29,926 nucleotides of DNA, from positions 1-29,926 of the IMG/VR virus record IMGVR_UViG_3300020045_005788. One strand, 5' to 3'. The translations under genes were made by a program, and so were the position numbers. Below are positions 25,946 through 29,926 of this stretch, in pieces (position 1 is the stretch's first letter; each line of letters starts with the position of its first letter). Under the pieces are notes generated by a model. The model was not told where the DNA came from, made no database searches, and saw only the letters and a program-made list of their open reading frames with translations. This DNA comes from a virus (Duplodnaviria; Caudoviricetes).

Positions 25946-26461
25946 ATGACAAAAAGTACAAAAACAAAAGTGGTAAGAACAGGAAACTCACTGAAGCAAC
26001 TCGGGGAGAGGTTCAGCAACCTGACAAGGTTGAGTGTTGAGGTAGGACACTTCCTTGAACAAGGGAACCACTCAGAGGCAGACCACCTGACGCTGGTGGA
26101 CTTGATGCGGATGCACTCAACGGGGTATGAAACTGGTGGAGTGTCTGTTCCTCCGAGGCCCATCCTTGCAATCTTCCTCGCCTCAATAAAGAACAAACTC
26201 CCACCCCCTGCCAATGCAGCTATTGATAGCTTTCTGAAGACCACTGTGTCGCAGGGTGATGTATTGGAACTCTTGAACACCGTTGGTGCTGCACTAAGGG
26301 CAAAAGAGAAATCAATCTTTGGTCATTCTCCACCTCTCACTAGCAACAGTAAGAATGTGATCAAGCACAAGGGGAATAGGAACACGCCAATGGTTGACTC
26401 TGGAGAGCTTAAAGAGAGAACAGCCTATAAAACATCCATTGATAAGAAGGTGAGGGAGTGA
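25946..26461 (+). CDS. Neck/tail-completion protein
   Basis: V.VG, H..G, VPPRP.L, PL..NS...I..KG..TP.VDSGEL; start moved to ATG 25946. Confidence 0.7.
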   Translation: MTKSTKTKVVRTGNSLKQLGERFSNLTRLSVEVGHFLEQGNHSEADHLTLVDLMRMHSTGYETGGVSVPPRPILAIFLASIKNKLPPPANAAIDSFLKTTVSQGDVLELLNTVGAALRAKEKSIFGHSPPLTSNSKNVIKHKGNRNTPMVDSGELKERTAYKTSIDKKVRE

Positions 26462-26462
26462 A

Positions 26463-26819
26463 GTGAATGACCTGTTAAGCACACACACCCTGACGTTCAC
26501 CAGAAAGGCCGCTGCTGCCCTTGGGGATGATGGCCGACTCACTGATGGGACTACATCCTCTTTTTGCGCTACGGGATCTCTACAGCCTCTCAAGGGCATC
26601 CAGCAGAATATCCTCCCACAAGGGAAGACATCCGCAGATGCAAGACGCTTCTACACAAAGACGGAAGTGAAGACAGCCGACCAGTTCAATCGCACACCGG
26701 CTGATGAAACCGTCATAGGGGGGAGAACATACGAAGTGTTCACCGTTGAGGATTGGTCTGGCTACGGAACAGACGAGGATCACTACAAGTGTATCCTTCT
26801 CAGGAAGGACATGACGTAA
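26463..26819 (+). CDS. Head-closure (stopper)-like protein
   Basis: GSLQP, LP.G, YT, AD...I.G..YEV..V.DW, HYK.IL. Confidence 0.7.
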   Translation: MNDLLSTHTLTFTRKAAAALGDDGRLTDGTTSSFCATGSLQPLKGIQQNILPQGKTSADARRFYTKTEVKTADQFNRTPADETVIGGRTYEVFTVEDWSGYGTDEDHYKCILLRKDMT

Positions 26820-27403
26820 TGATTGACTTTGATACATTGAAATCGGTGCTTGTCCAGATAGCAAGGGAACCAACCTATTCACCTGCCCTCTCCACTGTCA
26901 GTGGTAAGGCGGCGGTATACCAAATAAGACCAAACTCTATCCAGTTGCCATACCCGTTTATTGTGCTGGATGTACTAAGTGTTGAACAAGAGGCCGGATG
27001 GCTCTGGAATGATGGATATGATGAAGATAACAAACCGTACTATGAGACACACTATCTTGTGCTTTGTTCTTATCGCGCATATGGAACTGGTGCTGTTTCT
27101 ATCGCGAATCAGTTAGAAGGTTGGTTCAGGAGAGAGCAAGTATTAAACAGGCTTGAGGATGATGCTGGCGCTGTTGTTATTGAGACAGGGACGCTAACCA
27201 ACCTTCCTGTTCTTGTCGAAGACAAGTTTATCGAGTCTGCCAGCTTCACCATAACACTTGGAGTTACAGATCGGCATGTTGATACCTCTGCTGGTGAGCT
27301 TATCGAAGTCGTTGATACGACGGGTTCAGAACTCTATAGAGAAACGGGCGATGAAGACCCGCTGCCGGTTGACGAAACAATTACACTAGTACCGCCAAAC
27401 TAA
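26819..27403 (+). CDS. Tail terminator / neck protein
   Basis: Start at ATG 26819 (TAATG coupling); P.YPFI.L motif; precedes the sheath. Confidence 0.65.
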   Translation: MIDFDTLKSVLVQIAREPTYSPALSTVSGKAAVYQIRPNSIQLPYPFIVLDVLSVEQEAGWLWNDGYDEDNKPYYETHYLVLCSYRAYGTGAVSIANQLEGWFRREQVLNRLEDDAGAVVIETGTLTNLPVLVEDKFIESASFTITLGVTDRHVDTSAGELIEVVDTTGSELYRETGDEDPLPVDETITLVPPN

Positions 27404-27431
27404 TAATTACAAACCAAGGAGAACCACATAG

Positions 27432-28781
27432 ATGGCCCTGCAAGACATTGCACAAGTAAACATTACACTTGAGACATCCGCCGTAACATCAGTAGGCTTC
27501 AGCACTCCGCTGTTCATCTCAAGTCATCGTTATTTCACCGAGCGTGTACGCTCATACACCAGCCTCGTGGAGTTGGCAGAAGACTTTCCCACCACTTCCA
27601 ACGCCTACATTGCCTCACAAGGCCTGTTGGCTCAATCTGGTGCTCCTGCCCAATTCAAAATTGGCCGCCGTGAAGTGGACTCCATTGAGTTTGCTCTTGA
27701 TGGCGATCCCAATGTTGCAGGCACAGTCTATGCCATCACTGTAACGGATTCAAGTGGTACAGCCACTGTCACCGTCACCACGGATGTCACCACTAACACA
27801 GCCGCTGAAGTTGTTACAGCCCTGAAGGCTGGATTGTCAGCCCTGACGGATGTCGCGGATTCAGGCACCACCACACTGATCCTAACCAAGGGCACTGATG
27901 AGTTCACCATCTCTGGCGTTACTGGCCTGACGGGAACCAACACTGTCACTGAGACTGCCGCTGACTGCATGACAGCAATTCAAGCTGTTGATGACGACTT
28001 TTACTACATTGGTGCAGATGACCACACGCAAGCGTTTATTCTTGCACTGGCCGCTGATGTTGAAGCTAAAAACAAGATTTACTTCTTTAGTGTTGACGAA
28101 GCTGATGGAATCACTGCCCTGACGGAACCCGCTGCTAACGGCGACACACTCGGTAAAGTGGCTGAGCTGGATTACTTCCGCACTGTAGGTTTGTTCCACC
28201 ATGATGCAGACACCCTGTTCCCAGAGATGCGGTATATCGGGGTTGGTGCTGGTAAACAGCCCGGAACAATGACATGGGCCAACCAGAAGGTAGCTGGGCT
28301 TGATGTATCTCAAGACCCATCCACTGGCCTGAACTTGTCTACCACACAAAAGAATAATCTGAGTGATCGTAACGCATCGCTTGTGGTTTCTCTTGGCGGT
28401 ATCACTGCATTCCGTGATGGCAAGGTAGCATCTGGAGAGTGGATCGACGTTATCTCGAGTCGTGACCTGTTGATTGCAAGAATCACTGAGGGCTACGAAA
28501 ACAAGATACTGAACAGTGAGAAGATCACCTATGACGACAACGGCATCCGCGAAATGCAGAATGTTCTTGAATCTGTCCTGAGTCGGTATGTCTCCACGGC
28601 TTCTTCACCCAATATCCTGCAAGCTGAGAACCCGTTCACTGTCACAGTGCCCCGTTCAAAGGATGTGTCTTTTGCCACAAAGCAATCAAGGATACTGAAT
28701 CTTGCATTCGAGGCATACTTGGCTGGTTCCATCCACATCGCTGTAGTGAGTGGAACACTCACGTATGACGCCACGGCATAA
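27432..28781 (+). CDS. Tail sheath protein (DUF3383-like)
   Basis: F.TPLF, R.R.Y.S, PG..TWA, G..ASGEWID, KI.YDD.GI, LAG.IH...V.G. Confidence 0.85.
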   Translation: MALQDIAQVNITLETSAVTSVGFSTPLFISSHRYFTERVRSYTSLVELAEDFPTTSNAYIASQGLLAQSGAPAQFKIGRREVDSIEFALDGDPNVAGTVYAITVTDSSGTATVTVTTDVTTNTAAEVVTALKAGLSALTDVADSGTTTLILTKGTDEFTISGVTGLTGTNTVTETAADCMTAIQAVDDDFYYIGADDHTQAFILALAADVEAKNKIYFFSVDEADGITALTEPAANGDTLGKVAELDYFRTVGLFHHDADTLFPEMRYIGVGAGKQPGTMTWANQKVAGLDVSQDPSTGLNLSTTQKNNLSDRNASLVVSLGGITAFRDGKVASGEWIDVISSRDLLIARITEGYENKILNSEKITYDDNGIREMQNVLESVLSRYVSTASSPNILQAENPFTVTVPRSKDVSFATKQSRILNLAFEAYLAGSIHIAVVSGTLTYDATA

Positions 28782-28795
28782 GGAGATAATAAATA

Positions 28796-29299
28796 ATGTC
28801 ACTGCCTGTTTTTTCTTCACGCAACATCAAAGTAAACTGGCTTGGAAAGAAGCTCGGTGGACTGGCCCCTGATAGCTCGGTGGTTATCACCCCGTCATCA
28901 CCCACTACCGAGACGGAAGTAGGAGCTGATGGTGAGATTAGCATCTCTCTGCTGCCCGACTTCACTGGAACGGTGACCCTGAGCTTCCAATACAACTCGC
29001 CGTCAAACCACTACTTGAGTGCCGTCTATAATGCGCAGCGCGCAAGCGGAACACTCTACCGTGGTGATCTTGGTATCCATGACCCATCTGGTGGTGTTGC
29101 AGCCGTTCTGCGGCGTGCCCACATTCAGTCACGTCCCGAAGTGACCATCGGTTCTTCTGCTGCTGGTCAAACGCAAAACTGGACATTCTTCTGTGAAGAT
29201 ATGTTGTATATGTCTACACTGGATGGGTTTGATATTCCTGCCAACATCCTTGCCGACATCGGCTCGTTTAAAGACGCCATAGAAGCGTTTAAGTTGTAA
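28796..29299 (+). CDS. Tail tube protein
   Basis: Follows the sheath; GLAPDS, VGADG, GTVT..Q.SPSN.YL, W.F. Confidence 0.8.
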   Translation: MSLPVFSSRNIKVNWLGKKLGGLAPDSSVVITPSSPTTETEVGADGEISISLLPDFTGTVTLSFQYNSPSNHYLSAVYNAQRASGTLYRGDLGIHDPSGGVAAVLRRAHIQSRPEVTIGSSAAGQTQNWTFFCEDMLYMSTLDGFDIPANILADIGSFKDAIEAFKL

Positions 29300-29306
29300 A
29301 TCCTCT

Positions 29307-29327
29307 GGGGCGTACCAACGCCCCTTT
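29307..29327 (+). terminator. Probable terminator after the tube gene
   Basis: GGGGCGT-ACCA-ACGCCCC-TTT. Confidence 0.6.
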
Positions 29328-29363
29328 CCCCTTCCCAAGATTATAACGGAGAACTTATAATTT

Positions 29364-29870
29364 ATGGATTTTAAAAGCCTTAGTAAAGCAGCTCAATCTG
29401 CCGGAGGCTATCGAGAAATTGATGCCGACGGCATCACCTACACAATCAAGCTCCTCCCTGCTACGAAAGGTCTATCCGTGGCAACAAGCCTCGCTAGAAC
29501 CATCCTCCCTTCCCTCGGCTCTCTTGCAGATAACGTTGAAAAACGTGACTACATCCTCCCAGAAGAAAGTGTCATCTGGACAGAATTAGCTGTCATGCTT
29601 GTCTCCCAACTCGATAAAATTGATATTGTAAAGACAGTGACGATGTTGATGGATGGTTCGTCTGCTGATGGCGAACCGATCAAGTTTGAAGAGTACTTTT
29701 CTGGCAATTATGGCACGTTAATCTTTCTTGTAGAGTTTGCTCTCAAGGAGAATTTCGGAAGTTTTTTTACCGGGTATCTCAAGGCAAAGGGTTTAGAAAT
29801 CCCCTCCTTGAGAGCGATCTTCAGCAAGAAGGTCACGAGTGCAGAAGAATCAGAGAGCGAATTAGATTAA
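29364..29870 (+). CDS. Tail assembly chaperone
   Basis: Follows the tube; FEEYF.GNY..L..L..F.LKENFG.FF motif. Confidence 0.8.
   Translation: MDFKSLSKAAQSAGGYREIDADGITYTIKLLPATKGLSVATSLARTILPSLGSLADNVEKRDYILPEESVIWTELAVMLVSQLDKIDIVKTVTMLMDGSSADGEPIKFEEYFSGNYGTLIFLVEFALKENFGSFFTGYLKAKGLEIPSLRAIFSKKVTSAEESESELD
29762..29813 (+). other. Programmed -1 ribosomal frameshift signal
   Basis: T-TTT-TTT heptamer at 29762-29768, stem-loop at 29777-29813, -1 frame open to the window end. Confidence 0.7.
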
Positions 29871-29926
29871 CTGCATCACTTGATGAGCATGATTGGTATT
29901 TCCTTAATCTTGCCTGCTCTGAATTT

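Overview
This is a 29.9-kb piece of a contractile-tailed (myovirus-type) dsDNA phage genome, probably infecting a host with sigma70-type promoters. Left (+ strand): an RNA-repair/nucleotide module (FlbD-like ORF, RNA ligase, T4 PseT-like polynucleotide kinase/phosphatase, a 9-aa-repeat protein, SleB-type cell-wall hydrolase, calcineurin-like phosphoesterase). It converges on a minus-strand unit of small ORFs ending in a class II (B12-dependent) ribonucleotide reductase. A divergent control region (about 11.55-12.38 kb) holds three matching TTGACA-N16 promoters, three 26-bp-periodic triloop palindromes and a candidate ~340-nt multibranched ncRNA. Right (+ strand): the morphogenesis operon, with a TerS-like gene, five fibre/adaptor genes, a structured 5' leader, TerL, portal, protease, scaffold, decoration, major capsid, head-spike module, neck, sheath, tube and tail chaperone. 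Strongest hidden features: (1) a 335-nt ORF-less group I intron (18063-18397) splitting the terminase nuclease motif, with exon 2 missed by the ORF track; (2) a terL leader with a loop-loop match and an anti-RBS loop; (3) the candidate large ncRNA; (4) a -1 frameshift signal in the tail chaperone. Protein family calls come from motif recognition only; no searches or folding programs were run.
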